DNA from: Corallochytrium limacisporum Hawaii | Lineage: Eukaryota; Protista; Pluriformea | NCBI GenBank assembly: GCA_002811645.1 | Contig: PDIP01000077.1 | Span: 22,226-86,225 of the forward strand | Direction of reading: 5' to 3' | DNA length: 64,000 bases | Part shown: in pieces, positions 1 to 11,977 of the stretch | Numbering within the stretch: position 1 is the first letter of the stretch | Layout of the letters: each line of letters begins with the position of its first letter | Made by a program: the position numbers and the translations under genes | Notes under the pieces: model-generated | Databases searched by the model: none | Told to the model about the DNA's origin: nothing | The model's input: only the letters and a program-made list of their open reading frames with translations

Positions 1-1053
1 AATACACTGGTTATGCGGCCTCATCTAGAAAAGAAGGAGGGCCCCGGTTCGTCCCTGCAGTGTTCCCGCCGTTTTTGTTATCCCTGATTCTCTCCATCTG
101 CTAGAGACACACGGGGCACATACACATCCACAAACAGTGTGCCCTTTGCAAGCTGGAAATGGTGTTCTCCTGCATGTCTTTATCCCCCTCATCACTGCCT
201 CCCCGGAGCCCCCCGCGAGCGGACCCCCAATTAATGGCCTTCCTCTGTATAAGCCAGTCTGCGGCAGTGCACCACCTTGCGACCGAAAAAGAATCCAATC
301 CAATGGGCATGAAAGGGATGGTACGTGAAGCGCGCGGCAACCGTTTCGGCGTAAACCCCGAACCTTGCCGGAGGGAGGGACACCTGGAAGGAAATCCCAG
401 CCATCGACGCCAATAGTAAACCAGTCAATCGCAGGAGGAGGTGAGAATGATATCACATACTGCTTCGTGGGTATTGGAGTTCGCATTGGCTGGTTTGTAG
501 CTTCTGTCTTCAATCCCTCACGAAATGTGATATGGTAGTTAATGTTTGGCCACTTATGACAAAGAGCGGTGACCCCGACCACAGACTTCAGCATTTCCTG
601 TTCCTTCCGCCACCCAAAAAAAAACACAAAAAACAGCAAAGAAAATTATCCATTGATCGCACAGCCGCGAAGTATTTCCGAGGCGGGCCGGGTATTGAAT
701 GTGCCACGTGCTGAAATACATGGCACCGAATTTCGGCGGGCTTTGCAAGCGCAACACCGCGGCTCGGCGCCAGGCATGCGCCCATAACATTCAGCACAAC
801 CTGTCCGCCTGACAGCGCACACAAGAGAGGTGCAAGAAAGGCCAAGAATTAAAAACGGAAAACATTCCAAAGTCAACCCAAATGTATTGAGAGTTCATAA
901 TGAAGTAAATGTCCACTTGTCTAACAATTGATCCTATCGTTTTTGCTCCTCCATTGAGGCACCCGAGTGCGCGGCGAAAACAAAGACATGGGGGGAGGGG
1001 AGGGGTGTTCCCCGCCCGTGTTCTCTTTACAATCAACAATTAAAACTCTTGCG

Positions 1054-1072
1054 GTTGTTGTTGTTGTTGTTG
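1054..1072. repeat. (GTT)6 microsatellite
   Basis: Directly visible gttgttgttgttgttgttg. Confidence 0.9.
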
Positions 1073-3559
1073 AGTCCCAGCCTGCCTACTGTGTCTACAC
1101 AGTGTGGGTAATTCCTATCCATTGACTACGCCGCCATTTTTCCCTGGTCACTCTGATCTGTTCTGACCGAAAAAAACAAAAAGAGCAGCAGGGTAGACTA
1201 CTCAACTTTTCCGCTACGTTTTTCTATACTCAATACACTGATCAATAGTTGTTGGCACATGAAGCAAGAACATGTACCCAGGCTTAGAATAGAGTCACGG
1301 TGGCCTTTCTGAGGCATCTGCAAGAGAGAAGGCCATACCCTAGATTATCGGTGGGATGGCCGGGCAGGCAGTATCTGGTGTACGGCCTCGTGAGCAACCG
1401 CAGCACATCCCGGAATGACCAGGACCAAAAGCTGTGCATAAAGAAAAAGGGAGGGGAGGAGGATTAAAAAGATGACTCGGATTACGGCAGCATGTGGTGC
1501 TTGAGTACTGTGGTAAGGAGAACACCCCCGTACGAAGAGATCGAGCATGAGTGGACCTGAAAGAGAAGTGCAAAGAGGAGGTTTACGCGATCAACAGCAA
1601 AATCATCCGTAGCGATCGACTACGTTGTACCGTGCACATACCCAATCTGATACTGAGAGAATAGGAGACAGATTGCCATTTGTGGGAGACATAGGGAAGG
1701 AGCCTGACGCATCTGTCGTTGATACCAGCAACACGAGTTAACCATATTTGCGATTGACTCGAATCTTTTCGGATACAGACCACTCTTCCTAGTAACTTTT
1801 ATATTGACATGTTCCACCTAAAAATACAGTTTTACAATTTCCGAAGCAAGCCCCAAGGGCATAGCGGCAATCTCTATGTTGCATATTTCCTTTCCCGTTT
1901 CTGTGTAGAGTCCAGCCACATAGTAAAATAGAGAACAACCGGGGCTATTCCTCAAACTCTGCAAAAGGAGATCTTGTTTATTTCAGATCTTTACGATTAG
2001 AAAAAGACACTCTGTCGCGGTCGTGATCTACTTCTAGCACTAAGTCCACGATCACTATCGCTTTGTGACACCCTTTCCACACCCGCCAGGAGATCGGAAT
2101 CGAAAGGGGAAGAGTCGGGGACGGGTCGACCAGCCCGCATGGCAATTTTCGTGCCCCTCCTCTGCACATTCGATTTGCAAATCACAAAGTGCCGACAAAA
2201 AAAAAACCAAAAAATAAAAAGAAACCGGTGGAGAAGACAAAGCGATACCCGCTTGTGCAAGCAGCAGCAGAGCAAGGAGTGCGGGGGATTGTGCTCAGTC
2301 CACGGTACACTCCGCACCAAAATTCAGTAAGGATGGATACCAGAAAATTGACAGCAGAAAGGGGGTGGGTAGGGGCGGGGCAGAGTTGCCAGAGCATCGA
2401 TTTCCGTTTGCAGAATCAAACCGCGGTGCACCCAACGGAGATTATACACTGGAAACATTGGGTTTGTCGCGGGATTAATTGCCAACCCGTCGTGTGCACG
2501 CAGAGGAGAAGAGATAGAAGGATTAATACCCAAGAGATTAACAGCTACTACAAGACATTCGGTTTAAGTCACGAAAACAAAACCCTGCGATCCCCGGGCG
2601 CGTGTTGGTGAATGAGATCACCCTTAACACACGCAAACACACCTACATTTTTTTTCCTTTGGGCAACTGCGGACCATGAGCGTTCAAGAAGCAAGACAAT
2701 TGCCTGACTATCTAATAGTCGTCGTCACCTTGAATTCCATGATGGGTGCCCGTTCCCGGTTGCAAACCCGAACTACCAGGCCCGCTCGAGCCGCCTTCAT
2801 ACAATATCGATAACTTCATCTCTCCCACTGCGGCAGAATGTCTTTTTCCATTTACTTCTCTACCACCTGCGCAGCGGCAGCGCTCTTTAAGAGGGATTCA
2901 TCGCCTCAGGTTGCACGTACCCTGTTCGCCAATGAGCGCCAAGGAATCGCTTGCAAATTACCGGCAGTCAGGAGCCCCCGCCCCACACGCCTACTGCGAG
3001 TGATTGACAGTTCGAAGCCAGCTTGTCCGGTCCCCGCTTTGGCTATTCTGCGCAGCGCTCCTCTGACTCATCATTTTGCGAAATCACTCTCCCCTACTTG
3101 CTCGTATATTCAGTATTAAGAATGCGTACCAGCCGGAGAGCCAGGCAGCCGGACTGGGGAACAAGTCCGCTGTGCACACACCGTCCGACATCAAAGCACG
3201 TAAGATAAACTGTTCTGTTAGCCCGATACGAATCATTCCATTGTCATAGCGGATCACTGACTTTTACTGGGGGGGGCTCCCCTCAAAAAGCCACCTAGGA
3301 CGGCCCGGGTAGGGCCAGGCCAAGCATTGGCCTGGAAAAGCACACACACTAGTAGCAGTGTCACCAAGTGGGTTCGCCCGCGAAGTCCAGTCCATTCCTT
3401 ATACTGCAAGTTAACCGCCTACAGCATCATATCACTTCCCCTGAATTGGAAACGGAGAAATGGCGGCCCATTCAGGGATTGTGTGAGTTCTTGCTGAAAA
3501 CAACACCGAACTGTGTATAAAACTACTTTCTTAAAAAATAACAAACTCCCGTCGTGAGA

Positions 3560-3646
3560 ATGGGTAACTGCCCGAAATGTATGGAAAAAAAGAGCCATGT
3601 TGATTCCGATACGCTTTCTGAATGCAGGATCTGTGGGAGAATTTGA
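3560..3646 (+). CDS. Candidate 28-aa zinc-ribbon micro-protein MGNCPKCMEKKSHVDSDTLSECRICGRI
   Basis: Hand-translated: ATG 3560, TGA 3644-3646. Pattern CPKC-x14-CRICG; start context agaATGG. Below the ORF-track length cutoff and may be chance. Confidence 0.25.
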   Translation: MGNCPKCMEKKSHVDSDTLSECRICGRI

Positions 3647-6600
3647 TCACCGATCCATTACTGTCCTTTGCCTTTGCCACTCCGTTCCATTCTGTGTTTC
3701 CATATCCAATGTATCGCTTCTGTCATTGCTGTTTCTTTCGTAAACGAATGCTTACTGTTTACCTTTTCGTGCCTGGCTGAGCTGATATTAGTGTGTAACT
3801 GACGTCTAGTCACGGTGTGGGCGCTCCTCCGTCCAGGCCCTAACATAGAGTACTAATCTGTGTATTAGCTAGCTAGCTAACACACAAACCGACCCGGAAA
3901 TATTGATGGTCATTTTCGTCCGAATGAGGTCATTCTGCGACGAGCATCGCAATACTGAACGCATTGCCACATGCCCCTGTACGCCAAAAAATCACACCGT
4001 ATAGAGTGTTACCGTACGCCCAAATCTGCGCAAGCAATACTACCAGCCATTCACCATCACCCCTACACACCTCCTTCCACCTCCGCAACCATGTCCATCT
4101 CATCACATTCCTTCTCTCGCAGGTGTTCCATTTCTAACTGATCCTCTGATTTTCTAAGCTACTTTTTGGAAACGCAGATTCCAACCCGTCAACTCGCTAA
4201 GGACGGATATACCCGTCCGGTTCTCTTCGTAAACTATTGTATTTTCACCTTTGGTCTCCCTTTGCCCAGGAGGCCTTTATAATCGATGTCTGTTTGACTT
4301 GCGTTCTTCTCGACGCTTCCTTTCTTCTTCTTTCCGGCGCGCCATCCCCGATCTTTCTTACTTCGTTATCAGCAGCTAATTTCCTAGTACAATGGAAGAC
4401 CCTTTGCTTGCTTGCCATGCTGCCACTGGGACAGTTGTCTGCTCGCTCGCTCGCGAGTCCCCGAGTCTTTTATTTTTTTTCCGTCTCCTCCCCGTTGTCC
4501 ATTTCGCTGGGATCAAAATTCTCCACTCCGGATTCTCATGTATGTTAAGTATAGAAAAAACCCGGTGCGATGAAACACCCAGGCAAGTTGTGGCCGGCGA
4601 AAAGAACGTTCAACATAAACTTAGCGGGTTCACTGGCATTTGTGTTCCAGTTTCTCTTTTCTATTTTTGTATCCAATTGTCCTCACAGCATGGTGTAAAA
4701 CGTAAGCGATGCTTCGGAAGGACCGCGATGCGAAGACATATGAGTAGTATTTTCCTGTCCTGCGTGTCTCCTACAGGGCCCATCAAACTCTGCTCTTTGC
4801 AAGGGCCCAAACCTTAGAAAAAGAAAAAAAAATGAAAAAAATGAAAGACGATCGGTCATTCAAAAGAGACACAGAGTCTGTGCAACAGTTCGGTGGACGG
4901 GGTCGGTTGCTATTGGGATGGACCTACGGACGATATGCGCGCATGGCAAGGCGTGGTAGTTGCGTTGGTCAGGCGTGTCTTTGGCGTTAAAACTCTCTAA
5001 GATCCCAGTTTGCGCAATGATTTTTCTTTGTCGGTAAGAGCCCCCTTGTCCGAGGTTTCGAACTGCTCAGCTGATTGAGACCCGCCCAATGGCTCAACCA
5101 TCCTCGCTTCCTCTTTTTTTTTTCTTTTGCGGTCGTGTCTGCTGTCGGCGGTGAAATTTCCCTCCCTTAGTTCATGACCAACTTTTTGCGCCAGCGGACC
5201 GAGCCCGCGTGTAGATGGAAGGCAAGCCAGAGTGTGTGTGTTATTTTTTTCTCCCAGTTACTACTACCAAAATGCCGCAACAGCCTCGTGATTTCCAAAA
5301 GCGATAGAGAATGCCTCCACGCTCACTTTCTCTGCCGCACCAAACTCATCTCGCTGGCGAGGGGACTGCCGAACGGGAAACCGGAGACTCATTTGCAGTA
5401 GTCTTGTCCTGCACGGGTACGACCTTCTCTCAGACCCGTGGCTGCCAACTCATTGTGACAGCATAGCGTACCGTAGCAGCAGCGGGGAAGAAGGTTTTCC
5501 ACCCAATGCTTGTAATTACAAAAAACTACCCGCACCAAGTCTACGCTCACCTGCTAAACCGCACAAATTATGCGGCCAGTCTACGCCCTTGATTTCATCT
5601 CAGTACTACTACTATTAAATTAGCTGCTCCGCATGTGACGCTGCTCACCATCCATCATGAGCCATGGCTTGAATGAAATTGCCTCCTCTTGTCGGAAGAA
5701 GCAACTATGGTGTTGGCAACTTCCGCATGCTGTGTATGTATAGCCCACGTATATGCCTATTGGTTGCCCCTCTACTACCCATATGCGCCCGTGCCTACTG
5801 TTGCTGTGCTGCTGTGCTGAAGTGAGTGTGTGTGGGTTGGGGCCCCCCCCAGTGCTCTCGATTCTTTGTCTTTTTTGGCTGGTCCCTTCGGTAGGGCTCC
5901 CCTCCTTTTGCCCCGAGCGGGAGCGCAAAATGAACGGAAAGCTTAGGTATTCTGGCCAATGGTCTTCGTATTTTTCTGTTGTGACCTGTGGGTCACCCAC
6001 CAATTCCTCGTGGTGGCTGGCCCCTGTTTACCTTGCAAAGGTGCGATTCCCTGGCTCTTATTTGTCCCTTTCCGTTTGCACTGGGGCAATGCAGTAGATT
6101 CTGGAACCATCCAGTTGACCAACAAAAAGTCCCCGTGCCATGGCGGAAAACCAAAAGCCGTGTTCCTTTCTCATAATATTCAGTATGGAACCACGATACG
6201 CAGCGGAAGGGGGAGGAGGGGGTGTTACCCCTCCTACCCCTTTGAGCACGCACGCTCTGTTTCCCACTTGCGGGAGACGCAGTGCACGCCCTTCCCCAGG
6301 ACAAGCAGCAATATATCAATCCACTGCACCACACCAATCCACTTCAACCAAGCGAAAAGCACGTCAGTGGTGCAAATCCTACGCTTCTCCTTCCTTCCTG
6401 CGCTACTCTCCCCACAGGGCGTCTCCCCCGCCCCTCTTCTTTCTCTCTCTCTCCCTCTCTCTCTCTTCCCTTCCTCCTGCGCGTTCGCTCTGCCCCCTTC
6501 CCGCTGGGGGGGTGGGGGACCGACCACCCAAAAGTTCCCCTCACCAAGGAGCGCGGAAAAGGATCCAGCGATTTAACACGCCCTCCTCCCCCTTCCCTCG

Positions 6601-6939
6601 TCCTTCCGCCAATCTCTTCCTCCTCTTGCCTGCTCAGTCTCGTGGTGGTGCTTGCGCATGCCGTTGTAGGGGGACTTGCCATTGGTTTAGTACCGAAATA
6701 CTACGGTATCGATTTCCTTCGGAATTCTTGTTTCCCATATCCCCACACTGATTTTCTCTCGCTGTCATGCCTTTTTTTTGTATTGCTAGGCGCAGATCCC
6801 GAGGCCGCGAGCAACATCTATTGATTTAGTATAGATATTTTTTGCCATTGATGGTGGGGGAGGATAGGGAGGCATGGGAAAAACTTCCCGAACTGTTGCC
6901 ATACAGAGATGGAGCGGTAGGGGACCACGGGCGAGCGAT

Positions 6940-6984
6940 GAGAGAGAGAGAGAGAGAGAGAGGGAGACTGGGAGAGTGAGAGAG

Positions 6985-7023
<39 letters not shown>

Positions 7024-7031
7024 AGAGAGAG
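6940..7031. repeat. Interrupted (GA)n microsatellite
   Basis: Two pure GA runs joined by a degenerate GA-rich stretch. Confidence 0.95.
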
Positions 7032-8333
7032 ATGATTTGAAACACCGGGAGAGACCGTGACCAACCCCGCACGTAGAGAAGGAAAAAATTAATTTTCGTC
7101 TCAAATCACGGGGTGGCAACAGCGGTACATAAAGTACTGAACTCGCGGTCACGCCCAGGGGGGGCCCTACCTCTCCTCCCCTCCCAAGCGGTTCCTCGCC
7201 CGTAAAAACTTTTTTTCTTCGGTTCTTGTCCCGTCGGGAATCAACCCTTCCTCCCCTCCCGTTTTCTGTCCCGCCTTCCCCCCCCCCCTCTCCCTTCCTC
7301 CCCATCTCTCCCTTCCGGGCCATTGCCCACTGACTTCGTTGGCAGCTGCTGCCTTTTCGAGTGTGGGTGTGCGCCGCGAAATCTGCCACTGCCCGGAGAC
7401 GCCCTTTGTGTTGGTGGGGCCTTACTTCCAAACTTCCAGCACCCAAACAAACCGCAGTGTGAATCTGTTCACCGTAGGACTTATATTTTTAGTACTGAAC
7501 GGGCGGCGATTGGGGCAGGGCAGGAGGGTCTTTGGGCGAAGAGATTTTTGGCTCCTGTTCTTGTTTTCTTGCGTTGGGTTTTGTGTACGTGTGCAAACCT
7601 TCCCGGCCACCGCGCAAAAAAAAAAGGGCGGGCTTCGGTGGGTTTTCCAAGGTTCCCGAGCCCGTCCAGCCCATAGAAAAAGCCTTACGAAGACGGGAAA
7701 CCAAAAAAAAAATGGAAGAAAAAGGAAAAGGAGAAGTGGGACAATTAAAAAGGAGGAAGCGAAAATAGAAATGAGACTTCATACACAAACAGAAAACGGA
7801 AGACTGGCTCCCCCCTTGTTACAGGTATGCTGTGATTACGATGGTCCAAAGTCAGTAGTAAATATTCCCGAGATATTGCCGGCTTTCGGTATTCCTTTCT
7901 TGCCTACCTTGTTCGTCGCTCGACGACGGTGGGGAATCCGATTAAGCACCGAACGCGCCGCATACACGCACGCACGCAGGCCTCGTCAGAGCGATGAATT
8001 CGACGCCAGTGTCGGTTCTTACGTCCTTGTACCGTTGGTGTTTGTACATATTTTGGCTGATGTGTTTGTGTTCTTATCGGCTTATTCGATGTTTCCCTTG
8101 GTTGCGAGGCAAAGCACCATTAGGAAGCTGTCGTGTCAGTACAGGTATGTCAAGAACGACATGACGGTTTGTGTGAAGCCTAGACGAATTGATCGCTGTA
8201 TAGTGTACCATCGACTAGCGACACACGGTTTTATGCTTACGGGAAAACATAACATATGGTTCTTTAGCAACAGACTTTAGTCCCACTCGTTTTAGTTTAA
8301 CGCAAAATTAGCGCAACAAACTAGAAAGCCGCT

Positions 8334-9947
8334 ATGCGTGTATTTTTACAATCCTTCTGGGCTCTTGTCCTCCTACTCTCAATGTCCATGGTTAACGCCA
8401 TGGCCAATGAGGCCATGGGAAAGGACGACGACGCCCAACAAAACATCAACGGAGAAGAGCACGGGCTTGACGGTAACGCAGCGAACGATGCGGGTAAGTA
8501 TGCATACGTCACTCTGCTTTACGGGTCCACCGAACTCTCCTTGGACCAGCAGTTCATCGGCACTCGCGTTCTGGGCCAGAGCATTCGTGAGTCGGGAACT
8601 CCCCACGAATACCTGGTTCTGGTTACCCCTGGTGTTTCCAACGAGTACATGCGCATTCTTGCTGATGATGGGTGGACTGTACGGATGGTCGACAAGGTTA
8701 AGAACCCCATCAAAGGCGCTCCGGCCTACTTTGACCAGGTGTACACCAAGCTTGCCATCTGGAACCTGACCGAATATGATAGTCTCGTATTCCTGGATAC
8801 TGACACTCAGCTGGTCCAGAATGTTGACGAACTTTTTGGCTGCGGTGACTTCTGCGCCAGCTTCCGTCATTCTGACAAGTTTAACACAGGAGTCATGGTA
8901 TTGCGCCCTGACAAAGAGGCTGCCATTGAGATTATGAAGGCTACTGCTGAACTGGGATCGTACACGGGCGGTGACCAAGGTTTTCTGAACGAATACTTTG
9001 CTGATCTGAATAATATGGAAATGTTCCAGCCTCACTTGAAGTCCGAATACGGTGGTCGCGGCATTCGCCGTCTGCCTGCGGGATACAACTCTGATGTTGC
9101 TATGTACTACATTAATAGCCACTGGGTTATGGACCAGGAAGACATTCACATCGTGCACCACACTCTCGGACCCTCAAAGCCCTGGAAATGGTGGACTTAT
9201 CCTGCCCTGGACCTGCACTGGAGCTGGGCCGCCCTCCGTGACCGTCTGCCTGGTGGCCCAAACCAAGGCGTTCACAGTGTCTCCAGGAACGCTTTCTTCC
9301 CCCTCGTGCGGATGCTCGTGACTGGTGGTATTATCTTTGCGCTGACTGAGGGCCTGCGCCGTTGTGCCGTACATCGCAGTAGCTTGCTCTCCCCTAGCGC
9401 GTGGCAGGCTCTGGACTGGCTCATTGGACCCCGCAGTGTGCCATGCCGTGTGTTTGGTGTGCTTGCTTTCCTTCTGGCCGTTAAGTGGGCTATCACAGAG
9501 ACTCCATTGCTCATGCATTACCGCAAGGCCTGGGTTGTGTGCAGCATTTTGTTTGTAGGATATCTAGGCAGCCTCTTCTATGCTTACTGCCGTATTCTGT
9601 ACGTTTTGGGTTACGTTGTAGACTCCGAGAAGAAGGCGCGTTTCATTGAGCCTGAAATGACAAAGATCTTCCGCACCAAGGTCGGCATCTATCGGGCCTT
9701 CCTCATGATGCTTATTCTCATGTATATCTGGGTGTGGGCGTGTGTTTGGGGTGTGTACCAAGCCAGCTTTATGGACAAGCACATTGGCAAGGAAGTCCAA
9801 GTGGCCGTCTTGATGTACGTTGCCGCCATGATTGGCATGAGCTTCTTCGCCTGCGATCTGTCCCGTGCTTGGTACTTCACTGGCGATATGGACCGCAACG
9901 TGCCCACCGGCGCATATGCCTTCAAGGCCGCCAAGTTGCTTCCTTGA
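8334..9947 (+). CDS. IPUT1: GT8 glycosyltransferase, IPUT1/PGSIP6-like (inositol phosphorylceramide glucuronosyltransferase-like), signal peptide plus C-terminal TM helices
   Basis: 537-aa ORF with AYVTLLYG, RVLGQSIR, YTKLAIWNLTEY, DxD (FLDTDT), SYTGGDQGFLN and HHTLGPSKPWKWWT, matching the plant IPUT1 motif set as I recall it; about 5 hydrophobic segments at the C-terminus. Confidence 0.85.
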   Translation: MRVFLQSFWALVLLLSMSMVNAMANEAMGKDDDAQQNINGEEHGLDGNAANDAGKYAYVTLLYGSTELSLDQQFIGTRVLGQSIRESGTPHEYLVLVTPGVSNEYMRILADDGWTVRMVDKVKNPIKGAPAYFDQVYTKLAIWNLTEYDSLVFLDTDTQLVQNVDELFGCGDFCASFRHSDKFNTGVMVLRPDKEAAIEIMKATAELGSYTGGDQGFLNEYFADLNNMEMFQPHLKSEYGGRGIRRLPAGYNSDVAMYYINSHWVMDQEDIHIVHHTLGPSKPWKWWTYPALDLHWSWAALRDRLPGGPNQGVHSVSRNAFFPLVRMLVTGGIIFALTEGLRRCAVHRSSLLSPSAWQALDWLIGPRSVPCRVFGVLAFLLAVKWAITETPLLMHYRKAWVVCSILFVGYLGSLFYAYCRILYVLGYVVDSEKKARFIEPEMTKIFRTKVGIYRAFLMMLILMYIWVWACVWGVYQASFMDKHIGKEVQVAVLMYVAAMIGMSFFACDLSRAWYFTGDMDRNVPTGAYAFKAAKLLP

Positions 9948-10173
9948 AGACAGTAGAGACATGCCACATCTCAAAGTTTTCCAAATCCTGAAGGAACGAA
10001 AGGACCCGCATTCTTTCCTCAACGCTAGCATTTTAGCAATTTTTCCATTTTTCTATTCATCAACATATCATACGACATAATTCCATATCTTTCTACATAT
10101 ATCTTCGTTCATCATCCGTGGGCATTTACATTAACGTAAAACGGAAATAAAACAAAAAATCTATACATATACG

Positions 10174-11400
10174 TTATGAGTGACATAGCCACAAGCTGGG
10201 GTCCAGTTTCACATCAATGGCATTCAGCGCCTCCGTGCAGAGGCTGTGCGCTCCTTCAAGGATGCAGCCATGCGTGTGCGCAATGTCTACGCCGTTGATA
10301 CAGTTTGTAACCTTGCTTTCTTGTTTTCTGTGATAGCGCTGCTGTACCCAAGTGCGTAATCGCTTTCTGCGTAGTGTGACGGTTAAATCCGGATGCCGGT
10401 CGTGTCCGATCTCTTCGTCAGTTTCGGTGGTCACCTTGTGGACCCGAATGGTCATCTCGTCTTCCTTCTCGTCAGAATCGTCCAGGAATTTTTCACGACG
10501 AACAACAGTATTGCTTCTGTTTTCCTGGTCCTGCAGGGCGGTTTGAACTCTGGAATGCATCTTAAGTTGCCCTGTAGCTACCCAGGCGATTGTGTTTGTG
10601 TCTGACGGGTGCTTACCCATTGCCCGCAGACGTTTGTGGTGCGTGTTCGGTTCCAATGGGTTGCTGTCCACCAATCCACGCTTTCGTTCTCTGAGGTCGC
10701 CGTAGTCTGGACCTTGCAACCGAAGCTTCATCATGGCGGACAAATCATCACCTGACAGGTGCTGCGCAGCCAGTTTACCCAGGGCAAACGCATTCTCCAG
10801 GCAGGTGAGGACCGTCCTGCGAACGGCCTGATCACGGCAGCCCAAGAAGAACTCAGACTCAAGTGGACGGTAGGCCAAGAACGCTGTCCGTTTGTGTTGA
10901 TGGCGGCCACTTAACACCTCGGTAAGAGCATCCTGCCTAGCTCGTTCATCGTGGAATGCTATTCCAGCGATCCCACCAAAGTTGACCACAGTGATTGAAA
11001 TCCACACACAGCCGTTAACAACCGTGGATGCCACCACATTATTGTAGTAGGGCTTAAGCAGACCATGCAAACGGTTGCGAATAGATTCCGGCAGTTGAAA
11101 ATTGTGTTTATCGTCCTTCTGTGCCTTGTATAATGCCCATTTTAGGAGCTCCTTTTCCGGGTACAATGCTGTGTGGAGTGCATCCACTGAATGCACAACC
11201 GCAATCTGTGCGTCAATGTCCCCTTGGGCGCGTGCTATAGCGTCTTCCACAATGACATCGACGTATAGCACCTTTGAAGCATTCCTACCTTCTTTCCGAC
11301 ACACGGGAAAATGATCGCACAGTTCTGCTGCAGTGAATCGCAGTAAGGTCTTCTCCAGCTTGTGCCGGACAAGGTGCTCCAGCTCCTTAGCGTTGCCCAT
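10174..11400 (-). CDS. Probable kinetochore protein CENP-N/Chl4/Mis15-like
   Basis: 408-aa ORF. The motif order LEKTLLRF, DALH..KWALY, VWISI, TAFLAYRP, LSGDDLSAM and DSNPL resembles the CENP-N/Chl4 family. The ORF is solid; the family call is moderate. Confidence 0.55.
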   Translation of the reverse strand: MGNAKELEHLVRHKLEKTLLRFTAAELCDHFPVCRKEGRNASKVLYVDVIVEDAIARAQGDIDAQIAVVHSVDALHTALYPEKELLKWALYKAQKDDKHNFQLPESIRNRLHGLLKPYYNNVVASTVVNGCVWISITVVNFGGIAGIAFHDERARQDALTEVLSGRHQHKRTAFLAYRPLESEFFLGCRDQAVRRTVLTCLENAFALGKLAAQHLSGDDLSAMMKLRLQGPDYGDLRERKRGLVDSNPLEPNTHHKRLRAMGKHPSDTNTIAWVATGQLKMHSRVQTALQDQENRSNTVVRREKFLDDSDEKEDEMTIRVHKVTTETDEEIGHDRHPDLTVTLRRKRLRTWVQQRYHRKQESKVTNCINGVDIAHTHGCILEGAHSLCTEALNAIDVKLDPSLWLCHS

Positions 11401-11736
11401 GGTTGGCCCGTTTGCTATTCCATAGCCACATACTGTATTTATTCACGAAGGGCAGCCCTTATGAAGGTTCAGCTCATGTCAGAACTGTAGGATGTGATGC
11501 CTTCTGCTAGTCTGCGGAGCTGTCTCGTCTCCGGCATCCATCATTCGTCATCGTCCTAAGTAGCTTGGTCCCTTCGCTACCCTGTGGCTCCCGGTGAGAC
11601 TCTCCTCAGGCCTGGGGGCCACTGACAAGGGCAGATCGATACGGGGTTGGACGGCGGAAGAGGGAGGGGTTGGGGTGGGGTGGGTACCGTTGATCCGGTG
11701 CCAGGGAAAGAACGGAGGGAGGCCCTGAGGGCCCCC

Positions 11737-11750
11737 TTCGCGCCAATTTT
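11737..11750. promoter_or_regulatory. E2F-like site (TTCGCGCCAATTTT) in the divergent CENP-N-like/CEP43 promoter
   Basis: Reverse strand reads AAAATTGGCGCGAA and lies in the GC-rich island between two cell-cycle genes. Confidence 0.4.
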
Positions 11751-11977
11751 CTCTCTCTTCGACCGCCTCGCTGGAGGGTTGTTGAGCTCCCTGGTCTAAA
11801 CTGCCAAGGAAGCTGCAGCCTGTGGTGTGCGAGTGTGTTTTGAGCCTGTCAGTTAGAGCCGACAAGCGACAGACTGGTAGAAGAGGGCAGGTGAAGCGTA
11901 CTTAAACACCAGATGTGTAAGTTCAAAATAGACTTAAACTTTATCATAGACTGAAGTACTATTCATCAGAACAGAAA

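Noticed and set aside
3315-3335. 9-bp hairpin CCAGGCCAA-gca-TTGGCCTGG, and the (AGCT)n palindrome at 3865-3880
   Set aside because: Short and isolated; intrinsic terminators are not expected in nuclear DNA and the second is a simple repeat.
5620-8280. Many overlapping 100-313 aa ORFs
   Set aside because: They are translations of G/C, A/T and GA tracts (SLSLSL, GGGG, KKKK) with no domains and mostly non-ATG starts.
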